DNA of 64,000 nt from an uncultured Actinomycetes bacterium (GTDB lineage Bacteria > Actinomycetota > Thermoleophilia > UBA2241): contig CAVWIH010000019.1 of NCBI GenBank assembly GCA_963755025.1, positions 1-64,000 on the forward strand, read 5' to 3'. The notes under the pieces are model-generated. The model was not told where the DNA came from. It worked only from the letters and a program-made list of their open reading frames with translations, and ran no database searches. The position numbers and the translations under genes were made by a program. Positions 9,489 through 19,836 of this stretch are shown one piece after another. Numbering within the stretch: position 1 is the stretch's first letter; each line of letters begins with the position of its first letter.

Positions 9489-10370
9489 ATGGCTCCCGCC
9501 CCCGACACGCTCACCATCGACGGCCTCCTCTTTGCCGTGCGCTGGAGCCACCGGCGGCGCACCATCGGCATAGGCATTCCCTCGCAGGGACCACCCACGC
9601 TGGCCGCGCCCGCCGGCTGCCGCCGCGCCACGATAGAGGCTGCGGTGCGCGGCAAGCTGCCCTGGGTGCGACGCAAGCTCGCCGAGCGCGCGGCGCGCCC
9701 TCAGCTCGCGGCGCCCGAGCGCCGCTACGAGAGCGGCGAGTCGTTCCCCTACCTGGGCCAGCAGTACGAGCTCGTCGTGGTCGACGACGGGCCGGCGGCC
9801 GCTCGCGCGAGCGCCGGGCGGGTCGCCGCACAGAGCGCGGCCACGGACCACGGCGCCGGCGCGACACGCAGCGCGAGCGCCGGCACGACACAGAGCGCCC
9901 CCCCGGACGTTCAACTCGAGTTCGACGAGCCGCGTGGGGCGGGCCGCAAGCGGCCCGCGCGGGCGCGGCCCCGCCTGCGACTGCGCAACGGGCGCTTTGA
10001 GCTGGCGCGCGCGGCGCAGGCCGAGGGGCGCGCCGTGTTCCTGGCCTGGTATCGGCGGCGCGCGGCCGAGGTGTTGAAGGAACGCATCGCCTGGTACGCG
10101 CCGCTGGTCGGCGTGGCCGTGCCGCCGGTCACCATCAAGGACATGCACAGCCGCTGGGGGAGCTGCTCGGCGAAGGGGCGCGTGAACCTGTACTGGGGGC
10201 TCGTGGCGCTGCCGCTGGAGCTGGCCGACTACGTCGTAGTCCACGAGCTCGCCCACCTGCTCGAGCTGAACCACAGCCCCGCGTTCTGGCGCGGCGTCGA
10301 GCGCGTGCTGCCCGACTACCGCGAGCGACGCAAGCGGCTGCGCTCAGAGGGGCCGCGCAGCGTGATCTAG
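9489..10370 (+). CDS. YgjP/DUF45 (M48/SprT-like) metal-dependent hydrolase
   Basis: GESFPYLG, SRWGSCS, DYVVVHELAHL..NHSPAFW. Confidence 0.88.
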   Translation: MAPAPDTLTIDGLLFAVRWSHRRRTIGIGIPSQGPPTLAAPAGCRRATIEAAVRGKLPWVRRKLAERAARPQLAAPERRYESGESFPYLGQQYELVVVDDGPAAARASAGRVAAQSAATDHGAGATRSASAGTTQSAPPDVQLEFDEPRGAGRKRPARARPRLRLRNGRFELARAAQAEGRAVFLAWYRRRAAEVLKERIAWYAPLVGVAVPPVTIKDMHSRWGSCSAKGRVNLYWGLVALPLELADYVVVHELAHLLELNHSPAFWRGVERVLPDYRERRKRLRSEGPRSVI

Positions 10371-11797
10371 GGCAGGCAGACCTCGGGGCTACCCTCGAAG
10401 CGCATCTTGCACATGGCGAGCTCTTCGGGCACCTCGATGGGGTAGTCGCCGTCGAAGCAGGCGCGGCAGAACTGCGAGCGCGGCAGGCCGGTCGACTCTT
10501 GCAGCCCCTCGAGCGTGAGGTAGTGCAGCGAGGTGGCGCCCACGTGCTGGCGGATCTGGTCGACGGTCTTGCGGGCGGCGATCAGCTCGTCGCGGGTGGC
10601 CATGTCGATGCCGTAGAAGCAAGGGTACTTGATGGGCGGCGCGCTGATGCGCAGGTGCACCTCGGCGGCGCCGGCCTTGTAGAGCATGTCGACGAGCTTG
10701 CCGGTGGTGTTGCCGCGCACGATCGAGTCGTCGACCACCACCAGGCGCTTGCCTTCGATGACCGAGCGGATGGGGTTGAGCTTCATGCGGATGCCGAGCT
10801 GGCGCAGGTGGTCGTCGGGCTGGATGAAGGTGCGGTGCACGTAGCGGTTCTTCATGAGCCCTTCGGTGTACGGGATGCCGCTCTCGCGCGAGTAGCCGAT
10901 GGCCGCGGGAATGCCGGTGTCGGGCACGGGAATGACGAAGTCGGCGGCGACCGGCGCCTCGAGGGCGAGGTGGCGGCCCATCTCGAAGCGGCAGTCGGCC
11001 AGCGTGCGGCCGTACATCTTGGAGTCGGGCCGGGCGAAGTAGATGAACTCGAAGATGCACATGGCGGGCCGCGCCCCGGGCAGCTCGACGCGCTCGCTGT
11101 GCAGCTTGCCGTCGTCGCTCGCCCAGATGATCTCGCCGGCCTCGACGTCGCGCACGAAGTCGGCGCCGATGATGTCGCAGGCGCACGATTCGCTGGCAAT
11201 CACCGGGCAGCCCTCGAAGTCGCCCAGCACGAGCGGGCGCACGCCGTAGGGGTCGCGAAAGCCGATGATCTTCTTGCCGCTGAGCACGGTCGCCGAGAAG
11301 GCCCCGCGAATGCGGGCCACGGTGTCGCGCACCGAGCGCAGCAGGTCGTTGTCGGCGTGCTGGGCGATGAGCGCGGTGATGACCTCGGTGTCGGTGCCGC
11401 TCTTGAAGGTGACGCCCTGGCTGTGCAGCTCGTCGCGCAGCTCGGTGGTGTTGACCAGGTTGCCGTTGTGGCCCAGGGCGATGGTGTGGCCGCCGCGCGA
11501 GCGCGTGATGGGCTGCGAGTTCTGCCAGGCGGTGGCGCCCGTCGTGGAGTAGCGCACGTGGCCGATGGCGTGCGTGCCGGTCAGCCCGGCGAGGGTCTTT
11601 TCGTTGAAGACCTGCGAGACGAGGCCCATGTCTTTGACGACCGTGACCTGCCCTTCGTCGGCCACGGCGATGCCGGCGCTCTCCTGCCCGCGGTGCTGCA
11701 GGGCGTAGAGCCCGAAGAAGGTGAGGCGGGCGACGTCGCGACCGGGGGCGATGATGCCGAAGACCCCGCACGCGTCGTGAAAGCGGTCGCTTTCCAT
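10367..11797 (-). CDS. purF: Amidophosphoribosyltransferase
   Basis: Propeptide then CGVFG, LQHRGQES, GHVRYST, VDDSIVRG, Fe-S cysteines. Confidence 0.97.
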   Translation of the reverse strand: MESDRFHDACGVFGIIAPGRDVARLTFFGLYALQHRGQESAGIAVADEGQVTVVKDMGLVSQVFNEKTLAGLTGTHAIGHVRYSTTGATAWQNSQPITRSRGGHTIALGHNGNLVNTTELRDELHSQGVTFKSGTDTEVITALIAQHADNDLLRSVRDTVARIRGAFSATVLSGKKIIGFRDPYGVRPLVLGDFEGCPVIASESCACDIIGADFVRDVEAGEIIWASDDGKLHSERVELPGARPAMCIFEFIYFARPDSKMYGRTLADCRFEMGRHLALEAPVAADFVIPVPDTGIPAAIGYSRESGIPYTEGLMKNRYVHRTFIQPDDHLRQLGIRMKLNPIRSVIEGKRLVVVDDSIVRGNTTGKLVDMLYKAGAAEVHLRISAPPIKYPCFYGIDMATRDELIAARKTVDQIRQHVGATSLHYLTLEGLQESTGLPRSQFCRACFDGDYPIEVPEELAMCKMRFEGSPEVCLP

Positions 11798-11804
11798 GGT
11801 GCTC

Positions 11805-14076
11805 CTAGACGAGTCGGTCGGGCAGCGATTCGTAGGAGCGGCGCAGCTCCGTGACAGGCACGTCGACCAAGGTGTCGCCGGCGGCCGTGATCTGCAGGCG
11901 CTGCCCTGTGACGGTGCCGAGGGGTGTGAGCGGTACGGAACCGGCGAGCGCGGCGAGCGCGGCGGCGTCTGCTGGCGCGCAAGTGACGATGACGCGCGTG
12001 GGGCCTTCGCCGAACAGGGCGACGTCGGGGCGCAGCGTGCCGTCGGGCAGGGTGAGGGCGGCGCCGAGCGCCGGCGGCGCAGCCGCCGTCAGCGCGCCGC
12101 CTTCGACGCCGCTTGCGATGCAGCATTCGGCCAGAGCCACGGCGAGGCCGCCTTCGGCGCAGTCGTGGGCACTCTTCACAAGCCCCGCGCCGATGCCCTC
12201 GCGCAGCACGCGCTGCAGCTCTTGTTCGAGGTCGAGGTCGACGTCGGGTATGCGCCCCTCGACGCGGCCGAAGTGCACCTTCTGGTACTCGGAGCCGTCG
12301 AGGAAGGCGTTGTCGGCGGGGCCGAGCAGCGCCACGAGGTCGCCCTCGTGCTTGAAGCGCGCGTCGCAGTGCCTGGTGACGTCGTCGAAGATGCCCAGCA
12401 TGCCCACCATGGGCGTGGGGTAGATGGCCTTGCCGAAGCTCTCGTTGTAGAAGCTCACGTTGCCCGACACGACCGGCGTGTCGAGCGCCTCGCAGGCCTG
12501 CGACATGCCCTCGACGGCCTGCTCGAAGGTCCAGTAGATGTCGCCCTTTTCGGGGTTGCCGAAGTTGAGGCAGTCGGTGACGGCCACCGGCAGCGCCCCG
12601 GCGCAGCTCAGGTTACGCGCCGCCTCGGCCACGGCCGCCTTGGCGCCGCGGTAGGGGTCGAGGTAGCAGTGGCGTCCGTTGCAGTCGTTGACGAAGGCGA
12701 TGCCGCGCGTGGTGCCCTTGATGCGCAGCACGGCGGCGTCGGAGCCCGGGATCTGCACGGTGTTGGCCTGCACGATGTAGTCGTACTGCTCGTAGGCCCA
12801 GCGCTTGCTGGCGATGTTGGGTGCGGCCAGCAGCTCGAGCAGCGCGGCGCCCGCGTTTGCCGGCGCGGGGTAGACGGCGTCGCTTGCGACGAGCGGCTCG
12901 TCGACCAGATGGGCGGGCTTGAACGATGGCGTGCGGATGACGGGCGATTCGTCGGCCAGGCGGCGCGCCGGAATGTCGGCCACGCGCTCGCCGTGCCAGA
13001 TGATGCGCAGCATGGTGGAGTCGGTGACCTCGCCGATCACGGTGCAGTCGAGGTCCCAGCGCTCGCAGACCTCGGAGACGTCGGCCAGGCGCGCGGGGTC
13101 GACGATGCTCAGCATGCGCTCCTGGCTTTCGGAGATCATGATCTCCCAGGGCTCCATGTCGGCTTCGCGCAGCGGCACGCGGTCGGCGTGGATGTCGAGG
13201 CCCACGTGGCCCTTGCTGGCCATCTCCGACGACGACGAGGTGAGCCCGGCGGCGCCGAGGTCCTGCATGCTGACCACGAGGCCGCGATGCAGGAGTTCGA
13301 GGCAGGCTTCGATCAGCTTCTTCTCGGTGAACGGGTCGCCCACCTGAACGCTGGGGCGCTTTTCTTCGAGGGTCTCGTCGAACTGCTGGCTGGCAAGCAC
13401 CGAGGCGCCGCCTATGCCGTCGCGGCCCGTCTTGGAGCCGATCAGCACCACGTGGTTGCCGGGGCCCTCGGCGAAAGCGCGCACGATCTGGTCGGCGCGC
13501 AGCAGGCCGGCGCTCATGGCGTTGACCAGGCAGTTGCCGGCGTAGGTGTCTTCGAAGTAGACCTCGCCGCCGACGGTGGGAATGCCCAGGCAGTTGCCGT
13601 AAAAGCCGATGCCGCCGACCACGCCGTCGAACAGGAAGCGCTGGCGGGCGTTCTCGGGGCCGTCGATCTCGCCGAAGCGCAGCGAGTCGAGCGACACGCA
13701 GGGCCGCGCGCCCATGGTGAAGATGTCGCGCACGATGCCGCCCACGCCGGTCGCGGCGCCCTGGAAGGGCTCGACCGCCGACGGGTGGTTGTGGCTCTCG
13801 ACCTTCATGGCCACGGCCCAGCCGTCGCCCACGTCGATGATGCCGGCGTTCTCGCCCGGCCCCTGGAGAATGCGGGGGCCGCTCGTGGGAAAGCGGCCCA
13901 GCACGGGCCGCGAGTGCTTGTAGCTGCAGTGCTCGCTCCACATGACCGAGTAGATGGCGAGCTCGACGTAGGTGGGCTCGCCGCCCTGGATGCGTGCAGA
14001 TGTGGGCGTATTCGTCGGGCGTGAGGCCGAGCTTGACCGCGGCCTCGAGGGTGGCGCGCTGCCGGGTGGCGCTCAC
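11805..14076 (-). CDS. purL: FGAM synthase large subunit; frameshift near 13992
   Basis: N-terminus KLGLTPDEY lies in another frame; [30 protein letters not shown]. Confidence 0.95.
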
Positions 14077-14825
14077 GAGGCCACCCGGTCGCGCACGCTC
14101 TCGAGGAGCGAACGGAAGAAGACGCGGCCGTCGGTGCCGCCGGCGAGGCCGGCTTCGACCGAGTTCTCGGGGTGGGGCATGAGGCCGAACACGTTGAAGT
14201 CGGCGTTGCACACGCCGGCGATGTCGTCGAGCGCGCCGTTGGGGCTGGAGCCGCCGATGGCGCCGTTCGCGGCCTCACCGGCTTCGCTGCCGTCGGGCGC
14301 GCAGTAGCGCAGCACGACCTGACCGTTGTCGCGCATGGCGGCGAGCGTGTCGGGGTCGACGCGGTAGTTGCCCTCGTTGTGCTTGACCACGACGCGCAGC
14401 ACGTCGCCGGGCTCGGCCGTATGGGTGAACGGCGTGCCCGAGTTCTCGACGCGCAGGTCGACGTAGCGGCAGACGAACTTGAGACCGATGTTGCGGATGA
14501 GCGCGCCGGGCAGCAGGTGGGCTTCGGTCAATATCTGAAAGCCGTTGCAGATGCCCATGACCAGGCCGCCGTCGGCGGCGAAGTCGGCGATGGCGGCCAT
14601 GATCGGGCTGAAGCGCGCGATCGCGCCGCAGCGCAGGTAGTCGCCGTACGAAAAGCCGCCCGGGATGATGATCGCGTCGACGTTGTCGACGCTTTTGTCT
14701 TTATGCCAGAGCCAGACGGGCTCGGCGCCCTCGAAGGTGGAGACGGCGTGGGCGGTGTCGTGGTCGGTGTTGATGCCCGGAAAGACGCAGACCCCGACCC
14801 GCACCGGCGGCACTGCGGCGCTCAT
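14073..14825 (-). CDS. purQ: FGAM synthase glutaminase subunit
   Basis: PGGFSYGDYLR, GICNGFQ, MPHPE. Confidence 0.96.
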   Translation of the reverse strand: MSAAVPPVRVGVCVFPGINTDHDTAHAVSTFEGAEPVWLWHKDKSVDNVDAIIIPGGFSYGDYLRCGAIARFSPIMAAIADFAADGGLVMGICNGFQILTEAHLLPGALIRNIGLKFVCRYVDLRVENSGTPFTHTAEPGDVLRVVVKHNEGNYRVDPDTLAAMRDNGQVVLRYCAPDGSEAGEAANGAIGGSSPNGALDDIAGVCNADFNVFGLMPHPENSVEAGLAGGTDGRVFFRSLLESVRDRVAS

Positions 14826-14874
14826 GATGAGGGTGTCGCGTAGGGGACGGCGGCGCGGGACGAGGAGGTCGGGT

Positions 14875-15138
14875 TCACGCTTCGTCGACGGTGAAGGTGT
14901 AGTCCTCGATGATGGGGTTGGCGAGCAGCTTGCGGCACATCTCGTCGACCTCGGTGCGCGCCTCGTCGGGCGGCGTGCCGGCCGGCACGGTGACCTGCAG
15001 TTCGATGAACTTGCCCACGCGCACGCCGCTCACGCCGTCGAACCCGAGGGCCGGCAGCGAGCGCTCGACAGCCACGCCCTGAGGGTCGAGGATGCCGTGC
15101 TTGGGGGTGACGTAGACGCGGACATTCATCGTGCTCAC
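14875..15138 (-). CDS. purS: FGAM synthase PurS subunit
   Basis: ILDPQG, VRVGK, KLLANPIIEDY. Confidence 0.95.
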   Translation of the reverse strand: MSTMNVRVYVTPKHGILDPQGVAVERSLPALGFDGVSGVRVGKFIELQVTVPAGTPPDEARTEVDEMCRKLLANPIIEDYTFTVDEA

Positions 15139-15352
15139 GGGGCCAAGGCTACCTTACTGGGGCGCTCAAGTCCACGGACGAACGGGCCAAAGCGGGCGCG
15201 CGCGGGCCGACGAGACACGTGGCGCGCGCACGGTCTGCCGCGAGGCAGCCGGGCAGCCGCCCGATGGGCTCGTCGCGAGTCGGGAGGGCGCGTAGGGACG
15301 GCTGCGGGGGCGGCGGGCGCCCGTGCCGGGCGCCCGCCGCCCCGGCCGAGCC

Positions 15353-15760
15353 TCAGGCGGCCTTGCTTTCGGACTGCGGCATGTGCTCCTGCGCGTAGCG
15401 GCCGATCTCGTCGGCCTGCCGTTTGAAGTCGTCGAGCGGGATCTGCAGGCCGTGCAGATAGGCGCTGTACTTGGCCGTCTCGCTGGCCATGCGGTTGGCC
15501 TCTTCGAGCTCGTCGTCGGTCGAGCCGAACATCTTCGTCACGCCCTCGTGAAAGTAGGTGCAGTACGGGCAGTGGATGGCGGCGGCCACGGCGTAGCCGA
15601 TGAGCTGCTTCTCCCGCACCGTCAACTTGGTGTCCGTCATCTGGAACACCTTGAACTCGTTCCACTCGTTCTCGAGGGTCGAGTCGGGCATGCTGGCGAA
15701 GAACGACGGGACCTGGCCGAGAGCCTCGCGGATCTCTGCCTCTACATCGGAACGACTCAT
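15353..15760 (-). CDS. Carboxymuconolactone decarboxylase / AhpD family protein
   Basis: REKQLIG.AVA...HCPYC..FH. Confidence 0.85.
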   Translation of the reverse strand: MSRSDVEAEIREALGQVPSFFASMPDSTLENEWNEFKVFQMTDTKLTVREKQLIGYAVAAAIHCPYCTYFHEGVTKMFGSTDDELEEANRMASETAKYSAYLHGLQIPLDDFKRQADEIGRYAQEHMPQSESKAA

Positions 15761-15978
15761 TGTCGGCCTCCGGACTCGGGGTAGCGGCGGGGCAGGCGCC
15801 CCGCGGTCGTACCCCGTTGCTGTTCCCCGGTCGCTGGCCGCTAAGAGCGTTGTCTGGGTCGGTTGCGGCGACTGGGCTCACCGCGCCGCGGCGTCGCTTA
15901 AGCCCCGCCGCGAGGCCGTGAGAGGCGGCAATGAGGACTGCGCCGGGTTCCGATGGCGCGTCGTTCGCAGGCCGTCGC

Positions 15979-17780
15979 CTAGGCGCGCCCGACGTGCTCG
16001 AGGATGAAGTCGACGGTGCGCCGGTCGTAGCCGATGCGGTGCTCGAGCCCGCTGATCTCGTGGCCTTCGTCGGGGTAGACGACCGCTTCGCAGACGGTAC
16101 CGGCGGCGCGTACGCCGGCGACCACGGTGTCGATCTGGCGCGTGGGGCAGCGCGGGTCGCGGGCGGCCGCGAGAATGAGCAGCGGCGCGGTGACGCGGTC
16201 AAGGTGGTTGATCGGCGAGTAGTACTCGAGGCGGGCGCGGTCCTTGACCGTATCGCCGCAGTTCTCGATGTCCCACCAGATGAGGTCGTCGCGCACGGCG
16301 GGGTCGACCTGGGCGTCGATGTGATCGAAGAAGGGCACGCCGGCCACGCCGCAGGCCCACAGCTCGGGGAACTGGGTGAGCATCTGCATGGTGAGATAGC
16401 CGCCGTGGCTGCGGCCGGTCACGGCGATGCGCGCGGGGTCGCAGCCCTGCTCCACGAGAAAGTCGACGGCGGCGGCGCAGTCCTGGGCCTCGCCCTGGCC
16501 GAGCAGGTAGCGATTGGCGAGCTGCCAGCGCCGCGTATAGCCGTCGCTGCCGCGGTAGTTGGGGTGCACGACCGCGCAGCCGGCGTCGAGCAGGGCCTGG
16601 CGCACGGGGTCCCACTCGTTGCTGTGGTGCCAGGTCGGGCCGCCGTGGATGAGCACCACGCCGGCGCCGCTGGGGCGTGGCGGCTCGCAGTAGAGGCCGG
16701 GCACGTCGGCCAGCCGGTCGCGGCTGGTCCACACGGCCGGCGCGCCCGACACGAACTCGTGCACGGCGAGGTCGTCGGGCAGCGAGTCGGTGAGCTGCGT
16801 CGCCGCGCCCGAGGCGAGCTCGATGGAGAACAACTCCGAGGGGCAGCCCGGGCCGCTCAGCACGCAGACGACCGCCGCGCCGTCGGGCGAGAAACCGGGC
16901 CGGTAGTGGTTGCCGGCCCCTACGTCGAGGCAGCCGGCGTAGCCGGTGGTGAGGTCGAGGTGCCACAGCGCGCTCTCGGGGCCGTCGTCGACCACGAACA
17001 CGAGGGCGCGGCCGTCGGGCGACCAGGCTGGGGTGTGGGCGTTGCCGACGCCCTCCCAGACCCAGCTGACGAGCTGCGTTCGAGGTCGTAGAGGCCGATG
17101 GCCTCGTAGACGCCGCCGCCGCCGGCAAAGGCCAGGCTGCGGCCGTCGGGCGACCAGGCCGGGTCGTGGGCGATCATCATGTCCTCGCCGCCGATCGCGC
17201 GCAGCTCGCCGCCGCCGGCCGGCACGATGAAGACGGCCGTGTCCTGGCCGTGGGTCTCGCTCGCGAAGGCTAGCAGCGCGCCGTCGGGCGAGTAGCGCGG
17301 CGACCAGTCGTTGAACCAGTGGTCGGTCAGAAACGCCATGGCGGCGCCCGGCTCGGCGGCCATCACGGCTGTCGAGCAGCTCGCGCCGTGGTTCACGGCA
17401 AAGGCCAGGCTGCGGCCGTCGGGCGACAGGGCGAAGTCGGGGGCCGGCGACAGCGTCGGCGTGTCGGGCAGCAGGTTGACGAGCGTGCCGTCGGCCAGGT
17501 CGCAGCGGTAGATGTCGAAGCACTCCGAGCCGTGGTCGTCGCGGGCGAAGTACAGGTACGCGCCGTCGGGGGAGAACACGGGGCACACGCAGGGGTCGTC
17601 GAAGGCTTCGACGCGACGCGGCGCAGCCGCGTCGCGCAGGTCCTTGAGATAGACGTGCCAGTCGCCGTCGCGCCGCCAGGTGAAGGCCAGCGTGTGGCCG
17701 TCGGGCGCGAACGCCCAGGGGCGCTGTTCGGTCCAGACCTCAGGTACGGCCGCGAGCCGTTCGATCAGCGAAGCAGTCAT
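15979..17780 (-). CDS. S9 family peptidase with TolB-like beta-propeller; frameshift near 17078
   Basis: Repeated (W/F)SPDG; IHGGP, NYRGS.GY, GRSHGG nucleophile, DPRCP, EGH. Confidence 0.88.
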
Positions 17781-17822
17781 GTCGCCCCCACAGTCGGTGC
17801 TGCCCGGTGTGCGCCCGCTCGT

Positions 17823-17876
17823 GCGGCTCGCCGACGGCTGCGTCGCCGGCCGGCGACGCAGCCGTCGGCGAGCCGC
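17823..17876. repeat. Perfect 54-bp palindrome with no spacer
   Basis: GCGGCTCGCCGACGGCTGCGTCGCCGG|CCGGCGACGCAGCCGTCGGCGAGCCGC. Confidence 0.92.
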
Positions 17877-18406
17877 CGGCCCGCGTGCGGGCGCAGAGTC
17901 GGCGCCTACGATATCGGCTCGGAGGGCCGCGGTGCCACTCGCGGGCTCAAGGGGCGCTGGCGGGGCGGTGGCGACGGGCCGGCGCGCCGGACAGTCGCGG
18001 GTCGACCTGCGGCCAGCCTGCCCGCACCGCCCAAAGGACCTGCGCCGCTCCACCCGTCGGCAGATGACGATCGCTCGCCGGTCGGCCCGCGGGTGGTTGA
18101 CGGAAGGCCAGCGGCGCTGCGCTGAGGGCGGACAGCTCGACCCACGGCCCGATGCCGGCGGCCGGCGGTCGGCGTATCGTTCGTCTGCCACGACAGACCG
18201 CCGCTCCCCGCGCCACTCAGGCGCACGGCGCCAGCGTCAAGGCCGGCGGCGCTCTCGGCCCGCCACCTCCTCACCAGCACACACCCCCGACCGGGCGCTT
18301 TGCGTCCGGTAACGCCCGCACCCCCGCCCCCGCCCCGGGCCGGCGTCCGTCTCCCCCACGTGACGCCGGCCCAACCTTCGGATCGAGCGGCGCTCGAGAC
18401 GTCGAG

Positions 18407-19204
18407 TCAGGTGGCGTAGGCGACGTCGACCCCGCGCCGCCCAAGACCTTGGGCAAACTCGGGAGGCAGCGTCGCGGCAACGAGCGTCCCTACCGCCGAC
18501 CAATCGACGACGCGCACGCGAGCGGCGAACCCGATCTTCGCGGGGGAGGCCAGCACGACGGTCCGCGAGGAGCTTTCGCTCATCGCTCGGGCCGAGGCCG
18601 CGTCGTCGAGGGAGAAGTCGCGGACCCCTCCGTCGACGGTGACGCCGTCGGCGCCGATGAAGGCCACGTCGGCGTGCAGCGAGCGGATGGTGTCGACCGA
18701 CAGGGGACCGGTCGTGCCGAACGAGGTCGCGCGTAGCTGACCGCCCACGACGATCACCTCGATGCCGGCGCTGCCGGCCAGCAGTTGGGCGATGTTGAGC
18801 GCCCCGGTGATGACGGTGAGGTGACGGTGCACGAGGCACTGCGCCAGCGCGTAGGCGCTGGTGCCGTCCGTCAGGAAGAGCGTCATGCCGTCGTCTACGA
18901 GCTCCGCCGCACGCTGGCCGATGAGGCGCTTCTCGCGGCGGTCGCGACTGCGGCGGATCTCGAACTCCTCCTCGAGGGTCGAATGGCGCTGCACGGCGCG
19001 CGCGCCGCCGCGCGTGCGAGCCAGCAACCCGAGGCGTTCGAGCAGCACCAGATCGCGTCGGGCGGTCGCTTCGCTTGCCCCCGTTGTCTCCATCACCTCG
19101 CCGAGCGAGGCCACCGCCTGGCGTCGCAGCAGCTCCTCGATGCGCCGCCGCCGCTCCTCGGCGACCGGGCGGTGGCCGGCCGTATCGTCGGCGCCGTCGC
19201 TCAT
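18407..19204 (-). CDS. DeoR/GlpR family transcriptional regulator
   Basis: HTH SEATARRDL..LE, RTRGGA, C-terminal sugar-phosphate sensor domain. Confidence 0.92.
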   Translation of the reverse strand: MSDGADDTAGHRPVAEERRRRIEELLRRQAVASLGEVMETTGASEATARRDLVLLERLGLLARTRGGARAVQRHSTLEEEFEIRRSRDRREKRLIGQRAAELVDDGMTLFLTDGTSAYALAQCLVHRHLTVITGALNIAQLLAGSAGIEVIVVGGQLRATSFGTTGPLSVDTIRSLHADVAFIGADGVTVDGGVRDFSLDDAASARAMSESSSRTVVLASPAKIGFAARVRVVDWSAVGTLVAATLPPEFAQGLGRRGVDVAYAT

Positions 19205-19240
19205 GGAACCTCCCTATTCGTGACCGGAGCGATGAACTAA

Positions 19241-19294
19241 CGCTCACTATCGCTCAAAGATACCATTGACCTGAGTGAAAACGACACCCATACT
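19241..19294 (+). promoter_or_regulatory. Sigma70 promoter of the GFA gene with candidate DeoR operator repeats
   Basis: TTGACC (19266) - 17 bp - CATACT (19289); CGCTCA direct repeats 10 bp apart at 19241 and 19251, TGAGTG inside the spacer. Confidence 0.65.
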
Positions 19295-19332
19295 CCCGGC
19301 TCATCGGGCGACCACGATCTCAGGGGGACGCG

Positions 19333-19785
19333 ATGACAGACGGCGCAGATGCCCGCACGGCCACCGGTAGCTGCCTCTGCGGCGACGTGCGGTACGAGGT
19401 CCGCGGACCGTTGCGCGACATCCTCTTCTGTCACTGCGAGAACTGCCGCCGCGCCCATGGCAACTTCTCCGCCTACTCTTCCTGTCGGCGTGAAGACCTT
19501 GTCGTGACCGGCGCCGGTCCGCTGCGCTGGTATCACACCGACAAAGACGTCACGCCGAACGTGCAGCGCGGCTTCTGTCCGCGGTGCGGTTCGAGCCTCT
19601 TCTGGGACCCGCAGGGCTACGAGTACGTCTACCTCTCGGCTGGCACGCTCGACCCGCCGACGGGCATCAGGGGAGCCGGTCATATCTGGCTGAGCGAGGC
19701 CGGCGACTACTACGAGATCTGCGACGACCTGCCCAAGGCTCAGGGCTCGTCGAAAGGGCGCTTTCTGGGCACGCCCCACGAGTGA
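19333..19785 (+). CDS. GFA / CENP-V family zinc protein
   Basis: GSCLCG, CHCENCRR, RGFCPRCGS. Confidence 0.92.
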   Translation: MTDGADARTATGSCLCGDVRYEVRGPLRDILFCHCENCRRAHGNFSAYSSCRREDLVVTGAGPLRWYHTDKDVTPNVQRGFCPRCGSSLFWDPQGYEYVYLSAGTLDPPTGIRGAGHIWLSEAGDYYEICDDLPKAQGSSKGRFLGTPHE

Positions 19786-19836
19786 GCCACGGTGCGCCCG
19801 TAGACCCGGGCGCCGCCCGTGCGTGATAATCGGGCC

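Noticed and set aside
3028-14024. Long antisense or alternative-frame ORFs (e.g. 3028..5115, 6623..8257, 11796..14024; likewise 41994..44843 and 48604..50895)
   Set aside because: Shadow ORFs expected at very high GC; they overlap well-supported genes and lack motifs
17880-18400. Possible small gene or riboswitch in the DeoR-peptidase gap
   Set aside because: No recognisable RNA motif, and the ORFs are low-complexity Arg/Pro/Ala without a convincing start
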